DNA of 64,000 nt from Blastocatellia bacterium (GCA_963804815.1 CAWDRU010000002.1:450754-514753); one strand, 5' to 3'. Numbered from the stretch's first letter, positions 21,301-30,113 are shown. The notes: generated by a model not told the origin, from the sequence alone. Numbers and translations are program-made.

Positions 21301-23767
21301 GGTCGGCTCGTTTGACGCGATAAATTCTAACGACGGGCGCGTGCTTCTGAAATGGAACTCGACTTACGAAGTAGAAAATCTCGGCTACAACGTCTACCGC
21401 GAAGCCAGCGGCCAGCGCACGAAAGTCAATCCTCAACTCATCGCCGGTTCGGCGCTGATCACCGGCGACAAGGTTGCGCTCGGTTCAGGAAAGGGCTATG
21501 CGTGGGGAGATCAGCCGCAGTCAACAGCCTCGGCCCGCTACTGGCTCGAAGCCATTGACCTCAACGGCCAGAGCACCTGGACCGGACCCGTTTCGGTCAA
21601 GTCTTTCTCCGGCAATCCCGCCGCTAACCTCGAACAGTCCGCCCTGCTGACCAGAATCGGGCTTGCTCAGGCTCAGATGACCCTCGGTCAAGGGTCAACT
21701 CCTGTTGAATCACGCGCGCAGGTGGCGGCGGTTTCCGCCGCGGGCTTGCAGACTCAAACGGGGCTGGCCGGTCAGGCAGCCGTCAAGATAGCTGTCAGGC
21801 GCGAAGGCTGGTATCGAATCTCGCAAGGCGAATTGGTTGCGGCGGGACTTGATTCGAGAGTCGATCCGCGCAACCTCCAACTCTATGTTGACGGGCAGGC
21901 AGTCGGGATGGTCGTCAACGGCGAGCAGGACGGCAGATTCGAGGCTGCGGATTCACTGGAGTTCTACGGCGTGGGACTCAACAGCGCAGCCACAGACGCG
22001 CACGTCTACTGGCTGGCGGCAAGCACACAACCCGGCACACGCATAAAGGCGACGCGGGCGACGGGCGGAACAGCGGCCTCGGCCAGCTTCCCCTACAGCG
22101 TGGAACGCAAAGACCGGACGTTGTATTTCTCGGCCCTGAAAAACGGGGATGTGGAGAACTTCTTCGGGCCGGTCGTATCAGGGACGGGAATCGAGCAGAC
22201 GCTGGCGCTGACAGGACTCGCGGCAGGGGCGGCATCTGCGAGCCTTGACGTGTCGCTGCAAGGGGTGACGGGACTGACGCATCAGGTGAGAGTGCTGCTC
22301 AACGGAGCGAACGTCGGAGTAGTGAACTTCACCGGGCAAAGTCAGGGCAAGTCGAGCCTTGTCATATCACAGAGCCAGTTGCGAGAAGGAGTGAACACGG
22401 TGCAGCTGACGGCGCTGGGAGGCAGTTCGGACATAAGCCTTGTTGAAAGCCTGAGAGTCACCTATCAGCGGAAGTACACGGCAGACAACAACGCGCTGAG
22501 GCTGAACGCGGCAGGCGGGCAGCAGGTGACGATAGGAGGGTTCACATCGACCGGCATACGAGTGATGGACGTGACGGATTGGAACAACGTGCAGGAGTTG
22601 ACCGGAGCAGTATTGGGAGGGAAGACGAACGGAAGCATCACAATAACGGTGGCTGGAACAGGGCCGCGAGTGTTGTATGCGTTTTCGTCAGACCGGGCGA
22701 TGAGTGTGACGCCAAAGGCGAACACGCCGTCAAACCTGAGAGGAGGAAGCCCTGCCGCCGACTACATAATGATAACGACAAGAGAGATGGCGGCGAGCCT
22801 GAATCCGTTGAAGACGTTGAGAGAGAGTCAGAGCCTTGCAGTAGCGGTCGTGGACGTAGAGGACATCTATGACGAGTTCAGCTACGGGAACAAGAATCCA
22901 CAGGCGGTGAAGGATTACCTGACGCTGGCCAACAGCAGTTTTGGAAGGCCGGTGAGATTCGTGCTGCTTGCAGGAGATGCGAGCTATGACCCGAAGAATT
23001 ATCTGGGATACGGAGACAGCGACCTTGTGCCGACGAAGCTGTATGACAGCGGGTACATGGAAGCGGCGACAGATGACGGGTTCGTGGACTTCAATGGAGA
23101 CAATGTGCCGGATGTGGCGATAGGGCGGTTGCCTGTGAAAAACGCGACGGAAGCGGCGGCAATGGTAGGAAAGATAGTTCGGTACGAAAGTTCAACAGGG
23201 TCGAATACGGTGCTGCTGTCATCAGATCTGGGAGACGGGTATAACTTCGGGTCAGTGAACACAGCGCTGAGAGGACTGCTGCCGTCTGGAGTGGGGGTGA
23301 GCGAAATAAACCGAGGCAGTGCGGATGACGGGGTAGTTAGAAATCAGCTTCTTGAGGCGATCAACGCGGGACAGAAGATCGTGAATTATAACGGGCACGG
23401 AAGCGTGACTCTGTTGAGAGGCAACATTCTGACAGGAAGTGATGCGGCAACAATGACAAACACCCAGAAGCTGACGGTGTTTGTGATGATGACGTGTCTG
23501 AACGGATACTTTGATGATCCGGGAGTAGACAGCCTGAGCGAGAGCGTGATGAAATCGAATGGAGGAGCAGCGGGAGCGTGGGCATCGACAGCGCAGTGCG
23601 AACCGTTCGGACAAGCACTGATGAATCAGGAGCTATATCGTTTGTTGTTTAACGGTCAGAATCTGACGCTGGGCGAAGCGACGGCGAAAGCAAAAGCCTC
23701 GGTCAGCGACGTTGACGTGCGAAGGTCGTGGATCTATTTCGGAGACCCGGCGATGAAGCTGAAGTAA
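18368..23767 (+). CDS. tandem paralogue of the giant S8 + C25 dual-protease protein
   Basis: Exactly 1799 aa, with the same motifs (GTSAAAPHAAAIAGL; NYNGHGSV; MMTCLNGYF). The C-terminal 830 aa are about 98 percent identical to the first copy. The N-terminal 970 aa are about 70 percent identical. Confidence 0.9.
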   Translation: MKKLNGSKLTRLPNRPAHKKINPVLILSSILLLSIAIIALPGLRTRVTAAGQPQKSSAESQISEAAQLQIKALLDEKESRTPAQQKIDSQLIYASKMYRGQSVAAGISTLEVNVGLESDGRVVVDLTAYVVDDKLLAGIKAAGGEVMIVSAPYGSVRVKVSINQLETIAGFSQVRFIQPEQKALVSSQRTRPTDNVSDQAAQSPSFEARAESVREQLSDALNNAILPNGTLSTGNFASEGDTTHRATTARGTFNVDGTGIKIGVLSNGVVSLAQAQATGDLGPVTVLVGQTGSADEGTAMLEIVHDIAPGAQLFFATGLPTITQFAQNIRDLRTAGCDIIVDDLGYFVESPFQDGQTGTTNTNGGVVTQAVNDVVAAGALYFSSAANSGNKNDNTSGTWEGDFVSGGTLALIPGGGLVNDFDPSAAVAQNNLLTLGGGATSPISIAWSDPLGGSSNDYDLFILNNAGTTVVASSTNTQSGTQDPYEQTGSNTTNNRAVIRQKAGALNRFLHLSTNRGRLTFSTDGETHGHACATGAYGVAATPAYSPFNFAPPPVFGPFPNFYSTADKVETFSSDGPRRIFFNGNGTAITPGDFSSTGGQVLQQPLITAADGVAVTGVGGFASPFFGTSAAAPHAAAIAGLIKSANPSFTQAQIKTALTTTALDIEAAGTDRDSGFGTIMPYAALQSLGVTGKAFIELGTATATETCCNLNGLIERGEGASLNVVLNNPGLLNATGITSTLATTTPGVSILNNTSAYTDLVATSGTAANTTPFAFSLSTIAAVDVTINFTLTVSYTGGWNPSQVINFTVETGRKSITTTIDTTAPTTSTSFPTTATNNQTARLFRADPASTCAVPHAFPGTSGAGNRRFDSYTLTNPAGSPTACVTVTLTIDKAATDFLQAVAYSGSFNPASLGTNFIADIGASPSIGYAKSLSFNLAGGATVVIVVNETTAAGAGTNTPYTLRVAGIPITAAPTLAKVGSFDAINSNDGRVLLKWNSTYEVENLGYNVYREASGQRTKVNPQLIAGSALITGDKVALGSGKGYAWGDQPQSTASARYWLEAIDLNGQSTWTGPVSVKSFSGNPAANLEQSALLTRIGLAQAQMTLGQGSTPVESRAQVAAVSAAGLQTQTGLAGQAAVKIAVRREGWYRISQGELVAAGLDSRVDPRNLQLYVDGQAVGMVVNGEQDGRFEAADSLEFYGVGLNSAATDAHVYWLAASTQPGTRIKATRATGGTAASASFPYSVERKDRTLYFSALKNGDVENFFGPVVSGTGIEQTLALTGLAAGAASASLDVSLQGVTGLTHQVRVLLNGANVGVVNFTGQSQGKSSLVISQSQLREGVNTVQLTALGGSSDISLVESLRVTYQRKYTADNNALRLNAAGGQQVTIGGFTSTGIRVMDVTDWNNVQELTGAVLGGKTNGSITITVAGTGPRVLYAFSSDRAMSVTPKANTPSNLRGGSPAADYIMITTREMAASLNPLKTLRESQSLAVAVVDVEDIYDEFSYGNKNPQAVKDYLTLANSSFGRPVRFVLLAGDASYDPKNYLGYGDSDLVPTKLYDSGYMEAATDDGFVDFNGDNVPDVAIGRLPVKNATEAAAMVGKIVRYESSTGSNTVLLSSDLGDGYNFGSVNTALRGLLPSGVGVSEINRGSADDGVVRNQLLEAINAGQKIVNYNGHGSVTLLRGNILTGSDAATMTNTQKLTVFVMMTCLNGYFDDPGVDSLSESVMKSNGGAAGAWASTAQCEPFGQALMNQELYRLLFNGQNLTLGEATAKAKASVSDVDVRRSWIYFGDPAMKLK

Positions 23768-23801
23768 GAAGGCTGCGTCCGATGTAATAAAATGTAAGAA
23801 A

Positions 23802-23836
23802 GGGCTGAGGAGGAAACTTCTCGGCCCTCTTTTTTT
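23802..23836 (+). terminator. rho-independent terminator after the second giant protease gene
   Basis: Identical hairpin plus T-run to the one at 17938-17972. Confidence 0.6.
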
Positions 23837-23995
23837 GGCTAAGGCCGGACACTGTTTGACTCCGGGATTGTTTTCTCTTAACCCTTCCGATAAAATCCTT
23901 GATGTCGTATTCTAGCCGTTATGGTCTCTCAGGCGGACAGAGAGCGAACGTGCCTGAATTCGCTCAATCTCATCGCTCAGAAGGACGGGCTTTTG

Positions 23996-25654
23996 ATGAC
24001 ACCGAAAAAACGACACTTGCTTCTCGTGGTGGCGTTGGTTTTGCCACTTACGTTTGCTGGCGCGCACCCCGCGCAACGTACAGCCGGGCAAACACAGGAT
24101 GATTCTGCTGGAAGAAAAAAGATAGCCGAAGATTTCGCGGAAGCCCTCCTGATGGCAAAAGACAAGTCCGCCGCCCAGATCGATTTTGACCGCATAACCA
24201 AATCTTCAATCTCAGGGATGCTGCGCACGCTCGACCCTCACTCTATGTATTTCGACCGGAAGCAATGGGAAGACTTTCAAAACGATCAGCACAGCCGTTA
24301 TTACGGCATCGGATCAGCCATCGTACAGCGTAACGGTAAAGTCTACATCTGGTCGCCTACGGACGGGACGGCCTCTTTTCGGGCAGGGCTTCGTTACGGC
24401 GATCATATCGTCGAGATCAATGGAGATTCGACCACCGGCTGGACTCAGGCGCAGGTCAGAAGCAAGCTGTTAGGCCCGGAAGGCACTCAACTGACCCTCA
24501 AGGTAGCGAGACTTGGTGTTGAAAAACCGCTCGAATTCAAGCTCACGCGCGGCGCTGTGCCGCTGCCTTCGGTGACCAACTATTTCATGCTCGGCAACGG
24601 CGTGGGCTACATAAACCTTGAGCGTGGATTCAATACGACTACATTTGAGGAAGTAGCAAAAGCGTTAGGCGAACTTCGCGATCAGGGAATGACCTCGCTG
24701 GTCTTCGACCTGCGCGGTAATCACGGCGGATTGGTAGATCAGGCGTGGCGCGTTTCAAATCTCTTCCTTTATCGCAATCAAAAGATACTTTCGATGCGAG
24801 GCCGCCCGACCGTCCTTCCCAACCGGGAATACAGCGCGAACAACCCTGCGCCCGACGACTACCCGATAGTCGTTTTGATCAACCGCGAGTCGGCATCGGC
24901 AGCAGAGATCGTCGCCGGAGCATTGCAGGATCATGACCGCGCGCGGCTGGTCGGCGAAAACAGCTTTGGCAAAGGGCTGGTCCAGAATCCATTCTCGCTG
25001 TCGGACGGTTCTGCGTTGATATTGACGACGGGGCACTATTACACGCCGAGCGGACGCTTGATTCAACGCGAATACAGCGGACGATCTTTTTATGACTACT
25101 ACCTCAAGCGCGGCGATAAAGAAGCGATCAATCGCACGGAAGAGAAACGCACCGACAGCGGGCGCACTGTTTACGGCGGCGGCGGAATCGACCCGGATGT
25201 CGAAGTAAAGGTGAGAATCACGCCTAAAGAGTTAGAGCTTCAGCGCGTGTGGTTCGAGCCTGTATTTGAGTTCGTGCATGTGCTCGTGGCGGGCAAGCTT
25301 TCGGGATTCGGCGAGTACAAGCTGGAACGTCCAGCCGATCACCAGCATCGCCTCTCGCCGAGTGAATACGCTATCAGCGACAAGCTGGTGGCTGCGTTCA
25401 AAAGTTTTATTCACGAGCGCAAAGACCTGAAAGCCGACGAGACACGCATAGACAAAGAAACGGATTTCATAAAGCGCCAGATTCGTTACGAACTCGTGAC
25501 GGCTGCATACGGCTCTGAGACTGCCTATCAGGTGCTGCTCGATGTGGACAATCAGGTTCAGCGCGCGATTACAGAGATGCCGAAAGCAAAGGTCATGGCC
25601 GAAGACATTCGCCGTTTGCGCGCCGGAGCCCGCGACGAGATCCGCAGACAATAA
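23996..25654 (+). CDS. S41 family C-terminal processing (tail-specific) peptidase
   Basis: Signal peptide MTPKKRHLLLVVALVLPLTFA, a PDZ-like region, and S41 catalytic motifs VFDLRGNHGGL and VLINRESASAAEIVAGALQD (Ser/Lys dyad region). The ORF track opens at 23921. The start at Met26 was chosen because of the signal peptide. Confidence 0.8.
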   Translation: MTPKKRHLLLVVALVLPLTFAGAHPAQRTAGQTQDDSAGRKKIAEDFAEALLMAKDKSAAQIDFDRITKSSISGMLRTLDPHSMYFDRKQWEDFQNDQHSRYYGIGSAIVQRNGKVYIWSPTDGTASFRAGLRYGDHIVEINGDSTTGWTQAQVRSKLLGPEGTQLTLKVARLGVEKPLEFKLTRGAVPLPSVTNYFMLGNGVGYINLERGFNTTTFEEVAKALGELRDQGMTSLVFDLRGNHGGLVDQAWRVSNLFLYRNQKILSMRGRPTVLPNREYSANNPAPDDYPIVVLINRESASAAEIVAGALQDHDRARLVGENSFGKGLVQNPFSLSDGSALILTTGHYYTPSGRLIQREYSGRSFYDYYLKRGDKEAINRTEEKRTDSGRTVYGGGGIDPDVEVKVRITPKELELQRVWFEPVFEFVHVLVAGKLSGFGEYKLERPADHQHRLSPSEYAISDKLVAAFKSFIHERKDLKADETRIDKETDFIKRQIRYELVTAAYGSETAYQVLLDVDNQVQRAITEMPKAKVMAEDIRRLRAGARDEIRRQ

Positions 25655-25673
25655 TCTGCGCAGCAAACTTTCA

Positions 25674-25723
25674 GGCTAAACAAAAATGGCTGAGTCCTCG
25701 GACTCAGCCATTTTTGTTTAGCC
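25674..25723. terminator. bidirectional terminator between convergent S41 and DinB genes
   Basis: Perfect inverted repeat ggctaaacaaaaatggctgagtcc / ggactcagccatttttgtttagcc with a 3-nt loop and T/A runs on both strands. Its right arm overlaps the DinB stop codon. Confidence 0.7.
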
Positions 25724-26242
25724 TGATGTTTCAGTCGGCCAATCGGGCGCGGGCCTGCCCAGCCATATCCACGCGATGTAATCTACTAAAGGCGGTGCGC
25801 CACCTACTTCGCGCAGCCGGGCATTGATCTGCCCTCGATGATAAAGGCTGTGCAGTGCTACCTGAAGCACAGTCTCGGAAATCGCTGCCACCTCCGGCGC
25901 GCGTCCCAATTGCTGCTCCACCATTTTAGCCCACGGCGTAAGTGCTGGCTCCGATATTTTTTCATCATCCAGAGTTGCAAGATGAGCGAATATTTCGTCG
26001 TAGTAATCGCGCCCCCACTTCATCAGCGACTGTGCATCATCGAATGTTGGAGGAGGCGTTTCGCGCCACTCATGTCGCCAGAGAAGCAGGAACGCACGTT
26101 GAACCAGGTGCAGGTGATAGAGGTAATCGCGCAACTTCGCATCCGTTTTTCCATTGTCGGACGCAAGCACAGCAGTCCACACCGCTGCATCAGCCCATTG
26201 CATATGATTGTAAAGATCCGTGAGAGTTTTTATGTCCGGCAT
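25718..26242 (-). CDS. DinB family (DinB_2/DUF664) damage-inducible protein
   Basis: Four-helix-bundle DinB/YfiT signature with conserved His residues (YLYHLHLVQRAF...SLYHRGQI). Confidence 0.75.
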   Translation of the reverse strand: MPDIKTLTDLYNHMQWADAAVWTAVLASDNGKTDAKLRDYLYHLHLVQRAFLLLWRHEWRETPPPTFDDAQSLMKWGRDYYDEIFAHLATLDDEKISEPALTPWAKMVEQQLGRAPEVAAISETVLQVALHSLYHRGQINARLREVGGAPPLVDYIAWIWLGRPAPDWPTETSG

Positions 26243-26278
26243 AAAGGTCTCGCTTTCTTATATAGATCTGGCAGCAAG

Positions 26279-29200
26279 CTATTTGTATTCGCCCTGTAAT
26301 ACAAATGCAGCCCAGTAGTAGGGCGCTTGCCACTGTTTTTGCTTCCACATTTTGATCTGCGCGGCTCTGAGCGCTGCCGTCGGACGCATCGCTTCTTTGA
26401 GCATTCCTTTGTAAAATGCAACCATCAATTCTTTTGTAGCTTCATCGTCTACGCTCCACAAGCTGACTACCACTCGTTTAGCGCCCGCGTACATGAAGCC
26501 GCGAGTCAGCCCGATAACCCCTTCTCCCCGGATCTGTTTCCCTAATCCTGTTTCGCATGCGCTCAGCACTACAAGCTCGGCTGGCAGTCTCAAATTGTAA
26601 ATCTCATGAGCGAGCAGAAATCCGTTTTCCGGCTCCCCTTTTTCATTCACCATGGAAAGCACTATCCCTGAGAGTTCCGGTCGTATGCTGTCGAGAAATC
26701 CATGTGTTGCAAAATGCAGGTATCGAAACTGCTCAAGCTCCTTACCCGTTGCTGTTTCGCGACTGGCCTTGAAACTGAGCGCTTCAAAGCGATCATCATA
26801 AGCAACAAGAGAGAGTATTTCGCCTGCCTCCTGCTTTGTGCCGGGCAATCTCTGAATGTGCAGTGACGGAAGCGCCGGTTGCGCCAGTGCGGCTTTCTCA
26901 ATTCGAGGCTCCAATGGTCTGATCCTCAAATTGCTTTCACCGCGAACGGTTGCGGGGCGTTCTTCAGGTGCAGATCGTCTTTCAGGTCCAGGTCGTCTTT
27001 CAGGCGCGGGTTGGCTTTGAGCCGGGGTCGGTTTTTCAGACGCGCTCATTTTGATGCCCGCCTGAATCCTTTCATCGCTTCTGTCGAAGACAGGGTCTGC
27101 CAGCACAGCGATTGTCTTGGTGGGTCTTATGCCCCGGCGCGATTCCTGTCGTATAACCGCAATGGTCGAAGCTGACGGAAGGCTCAGAATCTCGTGATCT
27201 ACAATCAGAGGCTGCGCGCCGGTTTTAAGGTCGAGCAGCGCGGCGAAGGGAATATATTGCAATGCTCCGTCGGCCACTATCAGCAATCGCTTTTTCCCTA
27301 ACTGCTGACTCGCCTGTCCGAGCAGCATTTGGCTCAATCTGGAATTTGCTTCTTCCAGTCGCTCGTCCTGCGCTTGAGCCTTCACAACGCGAAGCCCTCG
27401 ACTCTGCGGGGTTACCTGAGTGTTTGGCGCAATAAGCAATTCATAAAAACGCCTTGCTGCGGATTCGACAACGTCGCCCGCAGGCAGCTCATAACTGCTG
27501 ATAGCGGTCGCAGACACCACCCAGACATAGCTTCTGGTTTTGCCCAGCGAGTATTCCAGCAGCAGAGTATCAGCATCGAGAACCTGTTGTTGAATCTCTT
27601 TGAGAGAGAGCGGGCGAGGCTGCATCAACGCAGCATAGCGCGGACTGCTGGCTCTTATCTGCGCCTCGACCTGCTGATACTGTGCAAGCAGATCATCAAG
27701 CTCTTTCTTAATCACCGCAGCCTGCTCCGCTGTATGCTGGCCGTTGAGAAGCTGAAGCTGACGTTCGGATTTGCCGCTGATTGACCGTTGCAACGAACGC
27801 TCGCGCTCCAGCAGAGAAGGCTCGACCCCCTCACGTATGTCTGCGCCAGCTTCGGTCAACAGTTCGAGCAGAGAGCGTGCGTGAGCGCGTTCAACCGACT
27901 GAAGAGCATAAGCGTCATATCCGGCAGATGGATCGAGCCTGTGCAGTTGCATGAGCAGATCTGTGTAGAGTTCGTAGTAATCCTGAGCCGAAGCGAAAAA
28001 GGAAGTGCGAAGCTCCTGCCTGCGAATGCTGGCGCGTTGATTTTCGATTATGTCAATGGCCGCTTCTATGTGAGAGCGGGCGTCGTCGAGGTTATCAATA
28101 TCGCGGGCGACTATCGCCATATTGTAAAGCGTGTTGGCTTCGCCCGCGCGGTCGCCAATTTCCCGCGATAATGTCAGCGCCTGTTTGTAGAACTCCAACC
28201 CTTTTTGCTTTTCGCCCGATGACCATCGATTGGTTGCAATATTATTGATGGCTGTCGCCTGACCTTTGCGGTCGCCCTGCTCGCGAAAGACTCGAAGGGC
28301 ATCGTTATATAATTTAAGCGCATTAGCTCTGTCATTAGCCGCGTCATAAATCGCGCCCATATTATTGAGCGTTATGGCTTCACCCGCGAGGTCTCCGATT
28401 TCACGCCGCAGATTCAGAGACTGCGTATAGTATTCGACAGCTTTCTGCGTATTGCCCAAAACACGATAAGCCCCGCCTATGTTGTTCAAGGTCGCGGCTT
28501 CACCTTCTTTAGCCGCCCCGCCCTCTCTATTCGTAGAGCGCCAGTTTTTCAATGCCTGCTCGAAGTATTCAATCGCTCGCTCCGGTTCGCTGAAGTCTGC
28601 GTGCAGCAGTCCGATGCCGTTCAGTGTAACGGCTTCACCTTTCAGATCGCGCAGAGGTTTTATCTCGAACCTTGCAATAGGTGGCGGGCGTACAGGCGGC
28701 CTTACTGGCGGAAGCTGTGCTGCGTCGTAATAACTGATTACAGGAATGCCAAGATCGCCGTAAACGCCTTCGATTGTGAAAGAATAATTGAACTGCTTCG
28801 GCTCGAATCCTTCTTTGAAAAGCGGTAGCGCCCGTTCGTAATAATCAAGCGCCTTCTGCTTTTCGGCTATCGAATAATAAGCTGCGGCAAGGCCGTTCAG
28901 AATATATGCTTCGCCACGTTTGAACTTCACCTCTCGACTGAGCGCAAGCGCCTGATCGTAATATTCGATTGCCGTTTTCTTCTCGCCCAGCAAGTCGTAA
29001 AGCGCGCCGAGTTTTGAGAGCGTCGCTGTTTCATTGAATCGATCACGCGCGGCGCGATGTTTTTCCAGAGTCACTTCATTTTTATGGATTGTTTCCTTCA
29101 GCGAGCCTGCGAATCGTTCCTGCAATAATTGATCTCTTTCCTTATGCTCTTTCTGCAAGCGCTTTTTCTTTTCCTGCGAGGTCTCTTTTTTTTCACTTTT

Positions 29201-29389
29201 TCCACTTGAAGCAGGCTTGTCCTGAGCTGCGAATGCGATTTGCTGGAACGGCAGAAAGAGAAAAATAATTGACAGCAATTGCACAATGAGAACAATGTCT
29301 GATGAGCAATTCGCTTTGTTCTTTTTCTTCCTCAAACGCAAACCTCTCTTTTTCAATCGTGCGCGAATATTACGTCTATCGAACATCAA
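26279..29389 (-). CDS. TPR-repeat protein with C-terminal CHAT (caspase-like) domain
   Basis: An N-terminal membrane anchor is followed by multiple TPR repeats (e.g. ATLNNIGGAYRVLGNTQKAVEYY, NNMGAIYDAANDRANALKLY). The CHAT domain has a His/Cys dyad (LHFATHGF ... LVVLSACETGLG). Confidence 0.85.
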   Translation of the reverse strand: MMFDRRNIRARLKKRGLRLRKKKNKANCSSDIVLIVQLLSIIFLFLPFQQIAFAAQDKPASSGKSEKKETSQEKKKRLQKEHKERDQLLQERFAGSLKETIHKNEVTLEKHRAARDRFNETATLSKLGALYDLLGEKKTAIEYYDQALALSREVKFKRGEAYILNGLAAAYYSIAEKQKALDYYERALPLFKEGFEPKQFNYSFTIEGVYGDLGIPVISYYDAAQLPPVRPPVRPPPIARFEIKPLRDLKGEAVTLNGIGLLHADFSEPERAIEYFEQALKNWRSTNREGGAAKEGEAATLNNIGGAYRVLGNTQKAVEYYTQSLNLRREIGDLAGEAITLNNMGAIYDAANDRANALKLYNDALRVFREQGDRKGQATAINNIATNRWSSGEKQKGLEFYKQALTLSREIGDRAGEANTLYNMAIVARDIDNLDDARSHIEAAIDIIENQRASIRRQELRTSFFASAQDYYELYTDLLMQLHRLDPSAGYDAYALQSVERAHARSLLELLTEAGADIREGVEPSLLERERSLQRSISGKSERQLQLLNGQHTAEQAAVIKKELDDLLAQYQQVEAQIRASSPRYAALMQPRPLSLKEIQQQVLDADTLLLEYSLGKTRSYVWVVSATAISSYELPAGDVVESAARRFYELLIAPNTQVTPQSRGLRVVKAQAQDERLEEANSRLSQMLLGQASQQLGKKRLLIVADGALQYIPFAALLDLKTGAQPLIVDHEILSLPSASTIAVIRQESRRGIRPTKTIAVLADPVFDRSDERIQAGIKMSASEKPTPAQSQPAPERRPGPERRSAPEERPATVRGESNLRIRPLEPRIEKAALAQPALPSLHIQRLPGTKQEAGEILSLVAYDDRFEALSFKASRETATGKELEQFRYLHFATHGFLDSIRPELSGIVLSMVNEKGEPENGFLLAHEIYNLRLPAELVVLSACETGLGKQIRGEGVIGLTRGFMYAGAKRVVVSLWSVDDEATKELMVAFYKGMLKEAMRPTAALRAAQIKMWKQKQWQAPYYWAAFVLQGEYK

Positions 29390-29411
29390 TAATCAAGTTT
29401 CGACTTAATGC

Positions 29412-29439
29412 TTGACAAAGAGCCTCTCTGATATATACT
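29412..29439 (+). promoter_or_regulatory. sigma-70-like promoter of the TetR gene
   Basis: -35 TTGACA (29412-29417), 16-nt spacer, -10 TATACT (29434-29439). The -10 overlaps a palindromic operator. Confidence 0.5.
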
Positions 29440-29451
29440 TAACACTGTTAA
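29439..29451. promoter_or_regulatory. putative TetR operator, perfect palindrome TTAACA-c-TGTTAA
   Basis: ttaacactgttaa overlaps the -10/+1 of the TetR promoter. The identical 13-mer recurs at 30114-30126. Confidence 0.55.
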
Positions 29452-29477
29452 TTGATATGACGTTGTTAAACTGTTAG

Positions 29478-30095
29478 GTGATTATGGGACCGAAGCACAG
29501 GCGAGCGCGAGAGAAGGAAGCGTTGCGGCAGGACATACTTGACGCGGCGCGCGAGTTGTTTGTCAAAGAAGGGTACGAAAACGTCTCGATGCGGAGGATT
29601 GCCGAAAAGATAGAATATTCGCCCACGACCATCTATCTTTATTTTGAAGACAAAGCATCGCTGCTGTTTGCAATCTGCGAAGAGACCTTCGCCAAGCTTA
29701 CCAGGCGGATGGAGTCCATAACCCAACAGCAGAGTGACCCTGTCCAGGCGCTTAAAGAAGGCTGCCGCGCTTATATGGAATTCGGCTTGAAATACCCCAA
29801 TCATTATCGCGTGACTTTCATGAATAGCCCGAACCCCGATCTCGCCGCGAAGGTTCATATGCACGAAGGTTCGATGGGCATGAGAGCCTACGGCTGCCTT
29901 CGCGCGGCGGTCGAAGAGTGTATAAAGCAGGGAATATTCCACCAGACCGATGTGGAAGCGGTGAGCCAGATGATGTGGGCCGCCGGTCACGGCGTCACTT
30001 CGCTGCTTATCACAAAGCCTCATTTTCCCTGGATTAATAAGAAACAATTGATCGAGCTGACACTCGATACCATGATCGAAGGCTTGAAGGCTTAA
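29478..30095 (+). CDS. TetR/AcrR family transcriptional regulator
   Basis: The N-terminal HTH (ILDAARELFVKEGYENVSMRRIAEKIEYSPTTIYLYFEDK) is classic TetR_N. Confidence 0.85.
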   Translation: MIMGPKHRRAREKEALRQDILDAARELFVKEGYENVSMRRIAEKIEYSPTTIYLYFEDKASLLFAICEETFAKLTRRMESITQQQSDPVQALKEGCRAYMEFGLKYPNHYRVTFMNSPNPDLAAKVHMHEGSMGMRAYGCLRAAVEECIKQGIFHQTDVEAVSQMMWAAGHGVTSLLITKPHFPWINKKQLIELTLDTMIEGLKA

Positions 30096-30113
30096 ATTTT
30101 TTTGGAACCTGAC

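Noticed and set aside
23921-23995. Upstream extension of the S41 protease ORF (start at 23921)
   Set aside because: The extension precedes a canonical signal peptide beginning at the second Met (MTPKKRHLLLVVALVL...). The longer start would bury the signal peptide.
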